DNA of 64,000 nucleotides, from NCBI GenBank assembly GCA_000002445.1, contig CP000071.1:288001-352000 (forward strand), in the 5' to 3' direction. Position 1 is the first letter of the stretch; each line of letters starts with the position of its first letter. Of the stretch, positions 42,827 to 54,516 are shown one piece after another. The stretch comes from Trypanosoma brucei (taxonomy: Eukaryota). The translations under genes were made by a program, and so were the position numbers. The notes under the pieces are model-generated. The model saw nothing but the letters and a program-made list of their open reading frames with translations. It ran no database searches and was not told the DNA's origin.

Positions 42827-45800
42827 CTAAGGACGGCAAGGTTGCGGGATACGGGGGTTCGGCGAGGTCACACCCGCACGACCATCGACAGCATTTGAAT
42901 TACCCTCCTTTTGAAATCCCTGAGGGCTCACTCCCCACTCATTCCCCAAAGTGGTAGTTCCATTTGCTCTTAACGGCTGTTGATAATTGCGGGGACGACT
43001 GTCCCTGGTACTTCTTGGTGGCGTTAGAACTGTGCGACCCGTTCGCGACAACTTGGCTCGCTGATTTTGTTGTTTGCTCTCCAGCGTCCAACGTATGTTC
43101 ATCGTGGGGTGCATACTACCGCGCCCGCTCTCGGCAACGTCGTCCAAGTGGGGGCGGGGACGGCGCGACTCCACTTCTTGGAATGGTTTGAGATGTGTCT
43201 CTGACCATTTTCCTCCAATGGCTGTGGTTGAGATAGCAGAAGGCGTTTTGGTTGGGCTTCGTAAATCGTGAGTCTCCGTAAAAAAGAAACTGCAGCGCTT
43301 GCCTGTCGCCGTATTTTCGTTAGCGTTTGCGTTCAGATACTGTGAACTGCCTCTCCTCAACCGCGTTCGGTCTAAGTGTTGGGGTTCCCCTTCCGACTGC
43401 AGTAACCCTAAATCTTCTTCAACATTACTAGGGCTCATGACGAGCAGAGGGTCAGCTAATGTGGTTACTCCTTTACCCATATCACCACATCGCAAAGGGG
43501 TTTCCTTCGTGAGGATTGAGGGCAAGATGCCTGCTATCGGAGGCACTTGCACACTCCCACGACTTACATCACCTACTCTCTGCCCCCGTCCCAAGTAGGG
43601 GCTCGGTGAAATACTAACACACTGAAACGAATCCATGGTTAACGCGCCGTCACTGCTGTTGATGTAAAGCTTCAATGCCTCCTCTAACGCGATCCATTGA
43701 GAGTTCGCAGCCAACTGCGGCAAGTCAAACTCGAACTGCGGATTTAGTTGCCCCTCGCGGCGCTCTGAGAGGGCGACGACGATGACACCCGGACGCCCCA
43801 CAACGCCAGCCTGCGCGAACTGCGGTAAGGAGGCGGTAACAGCTGTTTCCCCATCAGGAGTGCTAGGAAGTGATTCCTTGGCATCCTGAGTTCGAGAAAA
43901 ACTAAACGGGGGGCGTTGTAATTTGCTATGAAGGGAAATGAATGTAACACTGTGCCCCGTCCGGCTCAACGAATTACCATGCTGAGACGTGTACTCTCCA
44001 TCGTCCAGCTTCCTCTTGGCTTCTACATAAAACGAGGTCATGTGCTTCTCGTGCGAAGAGATAAAAAAAGAGATACTTGTATCAACGGCTGACTCAGCCT
44101 CTCCACCTCGCTTTACGTCGGTAGCAGATAGCGGCGGCCCTGCACCGGCAAACGTTTGACTCTCATCAGCATTTAGTTTAACTCTATCCAACACACCACT
44201 GTACCTCGCACTCGGAAAGGGATCCAGGCCTTGGCCATCCGAACAGCAAACATCCCTCAAGAGGCGCGCAACGGAAAGATCGACAGCCGCTGCATAGGCC
44301 TTCCCGTCAAGATCCTCAAGCTCTGACAAAACAGACATTTGCATCGGCAAGAAGTAAAGGTCCTCCATAATGATACCTTTCGAATCCATTTCTGACTCAT
44401 CGATCGGTAGTGCAGCCATGAGCAATTCCTTCGGTTTCTTAATCAAGTTTTGCATCTCATTATGTAGGGTTGTGGGCATACTGCCCAGGGACTGAAATCC
44501 CACATGTGACATGGCCCGCCGCGGTGATGCTTGCTTTCTACCATCAGCGCCACTAGAGTTTCCCCCGCCTGGTGAGTTGTAAACGCCAGAGCCACCACCT
44601 CTTTTGGCACCCTGCTTTAACAACGCCACCCTGTACTTCAACGTAATATTGCGCATCATTGCTTCGTGGAGCTTCTGTTTATTAGTCCCACTGGCATAAG
44701 CTTTACGTTGTCGTAGATTTTCCGCACTCTTCCACTGCTTCGTGAATTGGGTCTTCACAAACTCACCGATCCGCCGAATACCAGCGTCCAATGGGTTACA
44801 TGGTGAAAACTCCTGAAGACGCGCACACGCGTAGGGTGTCCACACACTAACCGACCCGTCCGCGCTCCCCACGTACAGGACGCCATTGCGTCGCGTTGTA
44901 ATACACTGCACTGCGTTATTATCTTCTGAAAAAAAAACTTCCTCGTCACGGCTCGCGCCTTCGTGGCAGCGACGTAACGCCTCGGTAATGCAGTCAGGTG
45001 GGGCTCCTTCGAGAAAAGCGTTCCAGTTGACGGAGATGGATTTATGCTGCCATCGGGACGATGCACCACCCTCTCGGTGGTCAGTTCCCTCCCTCGCGAG
45101 AAGACGCCTCTCGTCAACATACTTCATCAGTATTCTCACGCGCTCACGACGCTCGCGCCGTGCCCGCTCGATTATGGCTTCCATGGACAACAGGGTGAGA
45201 GGAGAGCTGGACACGGTGTTCACGGCGTGACGACGGAATAGAAGTTCCACCCAGTCCCCTGTTATCGGGGCCGGTCCTTCCTCTAACTCACCCGACGCCG
45301 CAATCGTTTCGACAAACTCCTCAATGTGGCAATTCGAGACCCGATTCGTGGAAGTGGGGTGCGAGCTATTGATTTCTTCAAACATGCTTTTTCGGTGGTG
45401 AAGCTCCTCCAAAATGCACTGACGAATGTGTCGCAAATCCTGCGAATTTATCATCGCAGCACACTTGGTTGTTTGGTCTCCATCCATTGCTCCATAATCC
45501 GTGGACGATGGTTGGCCGCTTCGTTGTGTTTGCATGAGCTGTAGCACATAGTGCAGAATTGCCGCCCCCAATAAAAGATCCGAGAGAGTTACGGTTGCAA
45601 GGTCCAACAAGGAAAACGTCGGTTCCGATGGGCCCCGGAACGTGGACGTTGAGGTCGGGTGTGGATGAAACAGCGATCGACAGGAATCATAGATCCACAA
45701 AAGCGATGGTCGCCACGACTGCAACGGCACCGCTGTCTGTGGCCTTTCCGACTGCCCATCAACTTCAGGGTTTGAAGATCCCTTGGGTAACCTCAGGGTC

Positions 45801-48800
45801 CCCAAGCTGGTGGATCTGCTAGAACTCACGGGCTTCGGTACGGAGGGCGCATTGCCTTCATCTGTGGAATCATCCGTTGCAGTCGGTTGTACCGTTGCAG
45901 CGGAGCCGCTCACCAAACTCCGTCGACGGCGATTTAGGAATGCGAGATCGTTGCGCTGCCTATTTATGGTCCTCATCACACGGTCAGGAGTCAGGTTAAA
46001 GAACACCAGCAAAACATTACACAACTCCACCTCTGCGCTGCCGCTTTGACCTTGTACAGACATTCTGCCGCGGGACATCAAGCTGGGCGATCTTCCAGAT
46101 AAAGAAGCAGGGTGAAGGTTCGCAGCAACTATTAGATTTCGCACCAAATACGATGTGACGAAGCCCTGCTGCGTACCAACGTACAGTGAGCAACAATGTG
46201 GGTCAAAGTGAAGCGTCGTCGGGGCACCGGGAACACGGAACCACCATACACAGGGAGTGGAGTTTAGACCATGCTGGTTAGTGCTCTCCACACTCGATTC
46301 CGTCAACTTGTCAACATTAAAAAGTTCCACGGATGGCTCATGCAAACTGGCTTGTTGCTGCCGCCGATATAACAACAAAGCCTTGTAGAAGTTATCAAAG
46401 AGGTCCAAAAAGGAAGCACCCTTCAGGAGGTAGAAACCAACAGTTCCCTGTACCTCTCCCACAACCAGGCAGGGATAGCCGCCAAGAAACGAAATAGTAG
46501 ACACCTCACTAGCAACATAAAACACTTGCAGGGCCATTCCGACGGCGGAGCCCATTCCCATCAGAGAGACACGACCGTTAACTTGCACGAGACATACAAG
46601 GTTTAACGCATGGCTAACAGTGATAAAACTAACTGCGTCGGCCTCCACCATTACGTTACGATATGCCTCGGCTGCCTCACTCTCGGTGCATCTAGTTGTA
46701 CGGCCACTTCTGTTGGCTGCTTCTTTCCTCATCAACGTGTTCTCCATCCGTAAATATGAAAGGGCCTTACTCACAAGAAACTCGGGAATGATGATGCGAT
46801 GCGCGTGCACACTACTGCCTAGAAGCGGGAAGAAACGGATAACTCCATCAACGTACACGACACACAACTCATGAGAGTTACGAGGGGTCATCATCCCGAC
46901 TACTTCACGGTGAACTGAAGAAGTTTTCGATCTCTCTAACGGAAGTTTGTGGCCCTCCCGGAGGAGACGTTGCAGGACAAAGGCGACATCATGAACGCCT
47001 ACGTGAGCCCCAACGTAACCATCTGGTGACTTCACATCATCACAGTCCTGGTTGTGTCGATTTTCGCCGGGGTTTCTAGTATACGTATACATGTGACGGC
47101 ACTGGAGCACAGCAGCGTAGATGAGCTCTGTAGAAGGGGACATAGTCAACAGCGTTTTCACCAATTGACCACTCTTTATTCGGTGCATACGAACATCCCC
47201 GCTTCCCAGGGCATAAAAAACGAACCGCTCTTGTGCATCTACGTGAGCGCAAATGACCCTATGCGTGGCCATCTGCTTTGACGAAACATCATCTTCGCCT
47301 GAGTTGTCTGCTCCTGCCGCGGCGGCTGCGGCGAATCGTGGAGTTGGAAGACCGCGAGCGGTTTGGTGGTTTGACTCCGGCGAAGGTCGGGAACCACCGC
47401 CGGCATCGCGGGCGGTGGACGCCTCGTGTTTCTGGGCGACCATCGCACGGCTGTTCTCCCGACGAGCCAAATCGGCCCGTTCAGTCGCGACACGGATAAC
47501 ATCATTTATTGTGGGAAGTGGCTGCTTGCATTCATCCAACTTATAGCGTTCCAAATCGGCAGCGGCGTTTGCGAGTTGTGCATCCGTGGGCAAATTCGAG
47601 CGTGACGCGAATGTGAGAGCCAAACGGGCCATGAGAAACTCTGGGTTATTCACCTTGAAACCAACCACAAGTTTGCTACTCTGGCAATCCCACACGCGAC
47701 AATCTGTGGGGCTCACGCTCACAAGCCACCGGTTTCGCTCACACATACCCACGTACAATGGCGGCGAGGAATGTGTTTTCATCGCAACTGAACCACTGAT
47801 GAACACACACACCAAATTATTTTTGGCCCCCGAAACAAACAGACGCCTCGTGTAGGCATCGTATGCAACCGTGCGAATGGGGTGAAGACTTCTTCTCTTC
47901 TGGTCATCCTCTAGCTTTGCGAATGACGTTTGCAAGATCGCGGCCAGTGCCCGGGAACCGGTGTCCCCAGCAACTCTCAAACGTTTATTGCCTGCATCAT
48001 CAACATCGAAGAGCCTAAAACCATTATTAGGTCCCATGTTTTCCTCCGACAAAAATCCCAAAGAGTTCATGCATTCTTCCGAAACAGCATAAAACGAAAA
48101 CTTGACGAGAGCGGTCCTCAGACTCCACACCTTTATGTGGCCACTCGTGTCAACGGTCGTTAGTTGCTCGAGGCTCTCATCAACTATAAATGATGCAATT
48201 TGGAAGTAATGGGGAGATATGGGGTCGTAAAAGTCTACACGAGAACTTTGGTGCGTCGTCCCCCATAGTGAAACACGGTTAGAGGAACTCAATGTCACAA
48301 TGGCGTTACCCGTCGGTGTGATATACGCAAGTCGCACTCCTCCACCAGTTTCCAATCGAAATGAGCGTACAAGTGTCATAGTACTCGCTCGGCTAAGAAC
48401 GATAGCACCGTCTAAGCTAGAGGTTAGAAGCATATCAGACGCTGTGAGGCATACGGATGTGACAACCTCCGAGTGAATTTTTTGCTCCTGCACAACGCGC
48501 CTTTCGAAGCGATCACGAACAGTTGAGGCAGCCACAATACCAGTAGTCATAATATCACTTGTTGAGGTCTGTGCTGAGATCATGCGTCGGAGAATTGCCT
48601 GTAGATCCAGTTTAATTACCTTTCCTGACCGTGTCCCAACGAAAAGGAAACCCTTTAACGGTAGGTTTTCATCAGCCGCCGCTGCACACCAGTCCATGGC
48701 GCAGATCGTCTCCTTCACATTCATCGTCAGACTCTCGGGAACCACCCAGATATGCTGATCCATGTTGTAGAAACGAATGATAAGATCATTCGTTAGGGTG

Positions 48801-50788
48801 ATAATAGTCTTGGGCAAATTGGGCCCAACGTCTTTTACCTCCATGCAGCATTCAATAGTGGGTTTGTTCCGATAATTGTTCTGGTCAGTTCGCTTTTCCT
48901 CCTTCTTTCGTTCGTCTTCCTCCTCTTCTGACAGACCCTGCTCTTTCTTCTGCTTCCGCTGCAGAGTAAACAACAACGACTGCTTTCCCCCGCCGTCCTG
49001 CAAGCGTCCATCCTCGTAGAGCACGTACCCCTTGGTAAACTTTTCCTGCTCCTTATTGTTTTCCCCTGTGCCAGCGTGGATGTCCCATCGTTCGGGGTCC
49101 CACGCGTCGGTTGCCCCATGACAATGCATAAGAAGCATTTCCGACGACCGTACCAACAGCTTCCGCTGAATAAGCCCATGGTATGAACTATCACACACCG
49201 CAAAGTCATTTGTTCCTTCCACGAGTACAGCAGCAGGGTTGTGACGGACCTTCGTTACCGCACGAACATAACCTAAGCGCCGCAACATTGATGGAAAGGG
49301 TTCTACCACACAATCGTCAAACACTGCCACGCCACTGCGTTCACTATCCTCACCGCAGTCCTGATCACACAACCCGCGGAGCTTTTCTTCCATGCATTCC
49401 GTAAGAGCATCTGTAAAGACCGACCAACTAATAACCCCCTTCTGCTCTGTATCAAATATATCAAAGCCCTGCATTGCAACCCGCCGGCACTCTTCCAGGA
49501 GAGAAACAGCCTCCTGAAGAAGAGAGTGGAGGGCTTCGTAACGAGGTGACACCAGAGGAGAAACGTTGTGAAGTGAATTACTTCCAGAGTCTCCCATGAC
49601 AACCGAAAGGCTAACCTCTGTCCTCGGTGTTGAGCCTCCGGCACAACTGGCACCCTGATTTGTTTGCTGAGACTTCACGCTGAATGCTTCCGCGGGAAAG
49701 CGGTCAAGGTAGTGCAAACGAAACAAGGCCCTGCTCAGCACGTACACAAAAACCGGAAGCGGTAGCACAAGGTTATCGGCATCTGTAACTAAGTGTGTGT
49801 GTCCGACTTTCTCACCTGCCTCATTTAAGCAGCTGCCGATCCCGTCGTGCAAGTCAAGATCCCGCATGTTCCTCGGCTTCGGTGCATTGCGTAAGTTTAC
49901 CATGAGTTCCTTTGTTCCGGCGTCAGGGAACTGTCTCGATACCACTGCAGTGAAAGTATCATTCGGGCGGGCCTTTCGCTTAGCCCTCAGCTCAAAAATC
50001 CTCTGCTGAACGTAACGATCATATATCCAAGTACACAACATTGCCTTCGTCTGCGAAGGAACATCCATCATACTCTTGACTGACTCCTCAACGGAAACAT
50101 CCGATGACGATTGGTCGTCTAAACTCTGCCAGGCCCGATCCGTTCCACCATCAGCGTTCGCACCGTCGTCTTCGCTTCTCACAGATGCTTGGTAAGATGG
50201 GGCTTTCGACCCCTGCCGCCCACGATGGGATCTATCCAAATGCTGCTCACCATACCGCATCTCCCTCTCGACGTGATTAACCAGCTTCTGCATGTCATTC
50301 AGGTCCCCGTGATTAAGAATGGCAGCGTGGGCCACGAATGACAACTTCAGCTTGTCGAGGTCTGTTGTCGCTAAATCTAATACCGACAGGGTGGAAGGAT
50401 TGCGGTAAGCACCGAGGGAACGAAAGGACTTTCTAGTGATGCGTGATTGCTTGGGGCGCCGCTTTAAGGGAGGCACCAGCGACTTGGACGACCACAAGCC
50501 GTCCTTCGGTTGTTCATCGGCGTCTGTGAAACTCACGAAAGGCACCGAAACGCTTCGGTTACGCACAGCATGTGACCCTGAAGGACTCGCAGGTGCACGG
50601 CTAATCGACTCCCCCTCCTCAGCCAACTTGGTGTCGGCTGCAGGGGAAGAAAATTCTGCGAAGCAGGACTTCGTCTCTGCCTCGTCATCGCCATGACTTG
50701 CGGCGGCGTTTACTTCGAAGTCCAGTGAAACTCCTACAGTGCTGCCGTGAGCTGAATTGGGCCCAACGGAACCAGTTAATGTAGACAT
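42827..50788 (-). CDS. Very large hypothetical protein, 2653 aa. It has WD40-like strand motifs (SGHIKVWSL, SGKVIKLDL, DGSVSVWTP) and one EF-hand-like loop (FDIFDTEQKGVISWSVF).
   Basis: An 8-kb uninterrupted ORF. The domain guesses are weak pattern matches only. Confidence 0.8.
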   Translation of the reverse strand: MSTLTGSVGPNSAHGSTVGVSLDFEVNAAASHGDDEAETKSCFAEFSSPAADTKLAEEGESISRAPASPSGSHAVRNRSVSVPFVSFTDADEQPKDGLWSSKSLVPPLKRRPKQSRITRKSFRSLGAYRNPSTLSVLDLATTDLDKLKLSFVAHAAILNHGDLNDMQKLVNHVEREMRYGEQHLDRSHRGRQGSKAPSYQASVRSEDDGANADGGTDRAWQSLDDQSSSDVSVEESVKSMMDVPSQTKAMLCTWIYDRYVQQRIFELRAKRKARPNDTFTAVVSRQFPDAGTKELMVNLRNAPKPRNMRDLDLHDGIGSCLNEAGEKVGHTHLVTDADNLVLPLPVFVYVLSRALFRLHYLDRFPAEAFSVKSQQTNQGASCAGGSTPRTEVSLSVVMGDSGSNSLHNVSPLVSPRYEALHSLLQEAVSLLEECRRVAMQGFDIFDTEQKGVISWSVFTDALTECMEEKLRGLCDQDCGEDSERSGVAVFDDCVVEPFPSMLRRLGYVRAVTKVRHNPAAVLVEGTNDFAVCDSSYHGLIQRKLLVRSSEMLLMHCHGATDAWDPERWDIHAGTGENNKEQEKFTKGYVLYEDGRLQDGGGKQSLLFTLQRKQKKEQGLSEEEEDERKKEEKRTDQNNYRNKPTIECCMEVKDVGPNLPKTIITLTNDLIIRFYNMDQHIWVVPESLTMNVKETICAMDWCAAAADENLPLKGFLFVGTRSGKVIKLDLQAILRRMISAQTSTSDIMTTGIVAASTVRDRFERRVVQEQKIHSEVVTSVCLTASDMLLTSSLDGAIVLSRASTMTLVRSFRLETGGGVRLAYITPTGNAIVTLSSSNRVSLWGTTHQSSRVDFYDPISPHYFQIASFIVDESLEQLTTVDTSGHIKVWSLRTALVKFSFYAVSEECMNSLGFLSEENMGPNNGFRLFDVDDAGNKRLRVAGDTGSRALAAILQTSFAKLEDDQKRRSLHPIRTVAYDAYTRRLFVSGAKNNLVCVFISGSVAMKTHSSPPLYVGMCERNRWLVSVSPTDCRVWDCQSSKLVVGFKVNNPEFLMARLALTFASRSNLPTDAQLANAAADLERYKLDECKQPLPTINDVIRVATERADLARRENSRAMVAQKHEASTARDAGGGSRPSPESNHQTARGLPTPRFAAAAAAGADNSGEDDVSSKQMATHRVICAHVDAQERFVFYALGSGDVRMHRIKSGQLVKTLLTMSPSTELIYAAVLQCRHMYTYTRNPGENRHNQDCDDVKSPDGYVGAHVGVHDVAFVLQRLLREGHKLPLERSKTSSVHREVVGMMTPRNSHELCVVYVDGVIRFFPLLGSSVHAHRIIIPEFLVSKALSYLRMENTLMRKEAANRSGRTTRCTESEAAEAYRNVMVEADAVSFITVSHALNLVCLVQVNGRVSLMGMGSAVGMALQVFYVASEVSTISFLGGYPCLVVGEVQGTVGFYLLKGASFLDLFDNFYKALLLYRRQQQASLHEPSVELFNVDKLTESSVESTNQHGLNSTPCVWWFRVPGAPTTLHFDPHCCSLYVGTQQGFVTSYLVRNLIVAANLHPASLSGRSPSLMSRGRMSVQGQSGSAEVELCNVLLVFFNLTPDRVMRTINRQRNDLAFLNRRRRSLVSGSAATVQPTATDDSTDEGNAPSVPKPVSSSRSTSLGTLRLPKGSSNPEVDGQSERPQTAVPLQSWRPSLLWIYDSCRSLFHPHPTSTSTFRGPSEPTFSLLDLATVTLSDLLLGAAILHYVLQLMQTQRSGQPSSTDYGAMDGDQTTKCAAMINSQDLRHIRQCILEELHHRKSMFEEINSSHPTSTNRVSNCHIEEFVETIAASGELEEGPAPITGDWVELLFRRHAVNTVSSSPLTLLSMEAIIERARRERRERVRILMKYVDERRLLAREGTDHREGGASSRWQHKSISVNWNAFLEGAPPDCITEALRRCHEGASRDEEVFFSEDNNAVQCITTRRNGVLYVGSADGSVSVWTPYACARLQEFSPCNPLDAGIRRIGEFVKTQFTKQWKSAENLRQRKAYASGTNKQKLHEAMMRNITLKYRVALLKQGAKRGGGSGVYNSPGGGNSSGADGRKQASPRRAMSHVGFQSLGSMPTTLHNEMQNLIKKPKELLMAALPIDESEMDSKGIIMEDLYFLPMQMSVLSELEDLDGKAYAAAVDLSVARLLRDVCCSDGQGLDPFPSARYSGVLDRVKLNADESQTFAGAGPPLSATDVKRGGEAESAVDTSISFFISSHEKHMTSFYVEAKRKLDDGEYTSQHGNSLSRTGHSVTFISLHSKLQRPPFSFSRTQDAKESLPSTPDGETAVTASLPQFAQAGVVGRPGVIVVALSERREGQLNPQFEFDLPQLAANSQWIALEEALKLYINSSDGALTMDSFQCVSISPSPYLGRGQRVGDVSRGSVQVPPIAGILPSILTKETPLRCGDMGKGVTTLADPLLVMSPSNVEEDLGLLQSEGEPQHLDRTRLRRGSSQYLNANANENTATGKRCSFFFTETHDLRSPTKTPSAISTTAIGGKWSETHLKPFQEVESRRPRPHLDDVAESGRGSMHPTMNIRWTLESKQQNQRAKLSRTGRTVLTPPRSTRDSRPRNYQQPLRANGTTTLGNEWGVSPQGFQKEGNSNAVDGRAGVTSPNPRIPQPCRP

Positions 50789-51736
50789 GTTATTTCCTTT
50801 TTTTTTTTGGCGGTGAATGTAACCTTAATGCCACGGGGAACAGCGAAGGTCACACGAATAATCTCTGCCACCTACAGAAGGCAATAAAGAATGTGAAATA
50901 GAGGTGGCAATAAGGAAACAACAAAACAAAATGCGTTTGAAGAAGGCACGATAATAACAATGACTTGGGAATTTTTTTTAACCGATAAAGCAACACGACT
51001 AAAAAAAAAAAAACTCCTCCGTAACTCACTTGATTACCACTGCACACCTAAGTAGCATTGGAAAAGAACGTAATAACAGCAGTCCAGATAAAACTTTTTG
51101 AACTTCTCTCTAGCAGGCTAGAGGTTCACAACCCATCGTGCCACACTCACTCCGGTGCTCAGTTTCACTTTATGTACGCAGTCACATAGCAAATAAAAAA
51201 TTTAAGCGCTGCACTCGGCCAATCCAAGCGGGAATAGCCTGGTTAACTGAAGTGGAGCACGCACATTGGCCGAGTTGAAACAAAAAAGATAACAAACGAA
51301 ACGAGTGGGCAAACAAATGGTAAAGTAATGCAGGAAATTAGAAAGAAATAACATACGAAATAGAAAAGGTGAAGGAAGGAAGAAGTTCACCTCGCTCGGA
51401 AAGGAAAGAGAAAACACTAATCCAAAAAGAGGGTCAGTTCAAAAAGAACGGGAAGACTAATCGTCACATACCAAGTCCTTGTTCCCCTCCTCCTCCTCCC
51501 TCCATGGCTTCACAAAGGAGGGTTAGCTTCCCACCCACCCGCCTCCGAAACAAGATGAAATAAGCACCGAAAAGGTACGCACATCAAACAAGTGTTGAGA
51601 ACGGCGATTCATGTAACTATACGAAAGACATATGTGCATCAAACATGAGATTATTACCAAACACACATATGCGTGCATGCCCCCAAAAGGGAGGAAAAAA
51701 GTATGTCGCATGCAAGCAAGAAGCAGAAAAAATACG

Positions 51737-53962
51737 TTAGGATATGTTGAGGAGTCGAAGAACATCATCCCCAATAGGCACACTTCGTTGCATCCCATAG
51801 GCCTTTACACGCTCATCCACACAAGCGGGTTCGTAGAGGTAATTCACCATTACAGTGGCACTCTGTCTGCTACCATCCGCAGTGCAGTTGGCAAGAAAAT
51901 TCAGTCGGAACATGGTGGCCCCGTTCGATATATGAAAGTTCCCTACCGGATCGAGAATACGATTACGGTGCTTCTCCTTATACAAATAGTGCGCTACCGA
52001 GCGGAGAAGCGGTTTCTCAACGGTACGTGTAAACTCACTATCATTCCACCATGGTGAAATGACATCCTCATCTGCTTTGCCGGGGGCACCGCTCTCACCG
52101 GTGCCATCCTCCTCAGGGGACCCAAAAAGAGCCAACAGATACTGCATGGTGACGAGGTTAGCAGCATCTTCATTCCCCTCACGTAGGTGGTAGTGAAGTC
52201 GTGAAATAAAGTGCCCACAACCCCTCCCTCTGTGATGTGACAAACCGAGGACGGCGCCGCGAAGTATTGAAAAAAGCTCCGCCGCCTTGGGTTTCGAGCA
52301 TTCTCCGAAAATTCGAGGTTGCGCGAATTTTTTCGAGGAAGAACACAACGAAATGCTTCCGCTGCGCATTTCCACCTGTTGCTGAAGCTTTGCCACCTCT
52401 CCAACCAACCATCTTAAGTACCCAGGGACGGGAGAAATTGTGGAAAATGTGGTAATGGGTGAGAGGCCGGCACAATGACGCTCGCCGTTGAGTCGTGCTT
52501 CAATTTCCCGCACTACACGTTTGATGAGCATATTTCCAAGGTTAACACCACGTAGTGCTGACTGCACCGAGTTGATACTGTAAAACATGGAAGTGTCTAC
52601 GTCCTCTACAGGATCATGCTTTCGTGCCCCTGAACAAGCATCGGCCACCTCACCATTGGCAGCCCCCAATTGGTCGTTTTGGCGCTCCTGAACGCTTGGG
52701 GGGTGGGGACGACCTAAAATAATGTCGACGGAGCGGGCAATACCACGCGTAAGGGCCACTTGTACAGCAATTAGGGGTTCCTCCACAACCGCCGGGTGAA
52801 AAAACGCGAAGAGGTGTCTATTTTTCGCAGGCTGCAACCGCTGCTTCATATCCACAAGACCCCCAACAAAGGGATGAACGCTTTCGGCGGCCATCACCTT
52901 CTCAAGCAGAAGAGGTGGGGTAGTACGCCACGTGAGTTCCTCCATAACAAGCCACTGCTTCGAGAAAAAATCGCCGAAAAGGTACTCCAGCGACACGTCA
53001 ATAGATGAGACATGATGCTGACGGAGGAGCCAAAGTTCAAGCTCTCTATTCGTAGTCAGTGGACCACTGTTTGGAGGTGAATCGATTACTTGACGCGACG
53101 ACTGCCGCTCATGTTGACGCTTCAACTCGGCCTGAAGCTGTGCCACCTGGCAATGGCACCTCTTTTGAAAATACATTACACATCGACGCAAATCCATCAG
53201 TCTGCGCACTCCACGCTCCACAGAAGCAGATTGCTTAAACCACATGTAATACACAGGAGAACCCGCATGTAGTGCAGCAACGCATTGCCGAAGCAAATTG
53301 TTCTTAGCCTTAACAAGCTTGGAGGACAAAACAGCAGCACCCACACCGCTGCGGTTCTCTTCCCTAAAGCAACTTTCCGCTGACACGGTCGCAGAACATC
53401 CACCAGCGATAAATTGACCCGATTGAGCGTTGAGGTCCTCGATATTTTGAATGGTATTGTTAAGCTGCGCCACCGCCGCTTGTACCTCTACGATATCGAC
53501 GTCAAGCTCCATCAACAGAGCAACGAAACTAAAAAACGCATCTTCTTGGTTGGGAGATATGGTCTCACTCAAGTCGAACAGCGTGCTGGGAGGAATGATA
53601 GACTCGTATACATCCCACACGGCAGACACAACAGATGGCGGTAGCTGCCCTTTCTCTCCAACCAAAACAGATTTCATTTCCTCAACAAGCGTAAATTCAG
53701 TATGAGGGCCCCGACCACTGAATACCGACCCCGACTTTGTCGTTCCATTACTTGCGGGAACTGCCGAACCATCATCATCACCATCACCACCACCCTGCGC
53801 TAAGGCCCAAAGCCTCCGACACCAGTTCGCCAGTCGGTCCTCTGACAGTTGTAGTGTGACATCCGTTGCGTTGTACCGATGTGACACCCGTGAGATGTTG
53901 TCTAAGTGAAAAGGGAACCTCATACGCCTGGAGCAATAAGGGCGCCGGACTAAGGTCAACAT
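51737..53962 (-). CDS. Malonyl-CoA decarboxylase (MCD)-like protein, 741 aa
   Basis: The C-terminal catalytic-domain signature FYSINSVQSALRGVNLGNMLIKRVVREI matches the MCD consensus [25 protein letters not shown]. Confidence 0.75.
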   Translation of the reverse strand: MLTLVRRPYCSRRMRFPFHLDNISRVSHRYNATDVTLQLSEDRLANWCRRLWALAQGGGDGDDDGSAVPASNGTTKSGSVFSGRGPHTEFTLVEEMKSVLVGEKGQLPPSVVSAVWDVYESIIPPSTLFDLSETISPNQEDAFFSFVALLMELDVDIVEVQAAVAQLNNTIQNIEDLNAQSGQFIAGGCSATVSAESCFREENRSGVGAAVLSSKLVKAKNNLLRQCVAALHAGSPVYYMWFKQSASVERGVRRLMDLRRCVMYFQKRCHCQVAQLQAELKRQHERQSSRQVIDSPPNSGPLTTNRELELWLLRQHHVSSIDVSLEYLFGDFFSKQWLVMEELTWRTTPPLLLEKVMAAESVHPFVGGLVDMKQRLQPAKNRHLFAFFHPAVVEEPLIAVQVALTRGIARSVDIILGRPHPPSVQERQNDQLGAANGEVADACSGARKHDPVEDVDTSMFYSINSVQSALRGVNLGNMLIKRVVREIEARLNGERHCAGLSPITTFSTISPVPGYLRWLVGEVAKLQQQVEMRSGSISLCSSSKKFAQPRIFGECSKPKAAELFSILRGAVLGLSHHRGRGCGHFISRLHYHLREGNEDAANLVTMQYLLALFGSPEEDGTGESGAPGKADEDVISPWWNDSEFTRTVEKPLLRSVAHYLYKEKHRNRILDPVGNFHISNGATMFRLNFLANCTADGSRQSATVMVNYLYEPACVDERVKAYGMQRSVPIGDDVLRLLNIS

Positions 53963-54516
53963 AGTTTTGTATTAGTCACCCCTTTCGGCAGCAGTGACTT
54001 CGGTACGCTGTGCACTTGCTCCCCCTAATAAAAAAAAAAAGATTACCCAGCCTTTTGGGTGTGCTGGTGGTCGGTTCCCGCAGCTCTTTGAACCTACTCT
54101 CTTCCGTTCCTTCCGGCAGATATTCTCTCAAAACTGGCACGCCGGGTAGAAAGGCCATGTTGCAACTCCAAACAAAATAAGGCGGAAAGAAAAGATAAAA
54201 GTTACATAAACAAACAGATCCCAACTTGTACGACAATGCGAAGATAACGATAAGAGATTCAAAACAAAAATAAGGAACCAACTAGCAAGTAAAAGAAGGC
54301 ACACACGTCGCATAACACTGTTCGGACGGGGCCTGAAAACATGTATAAAGATGGTTAGTATGTAAACTTTGTATCTGCCCTTCAACACCAGCCCTCCCAG
54401 ACTTATGCTGGAGGGCAATCATTCTAACACTGAGATGTAAGCACCGCTTAGGGGAAACGCTAACGGTGCCTCTATATATCTTCTATATGTGTGCATGGAG
54501 AAATTCTTCCGACCGC

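Noticed and set aside
51994-52475. Overlapping minus- and plus-strand ORFs of 70-136 aa inside the MCD-like gene, plus plus-strand ORFs inside the 884-aa and 2653-aa genes
   Set aside because: They are alternative-frame or antisense ORFs nested in longer, motif-supported ORFs.
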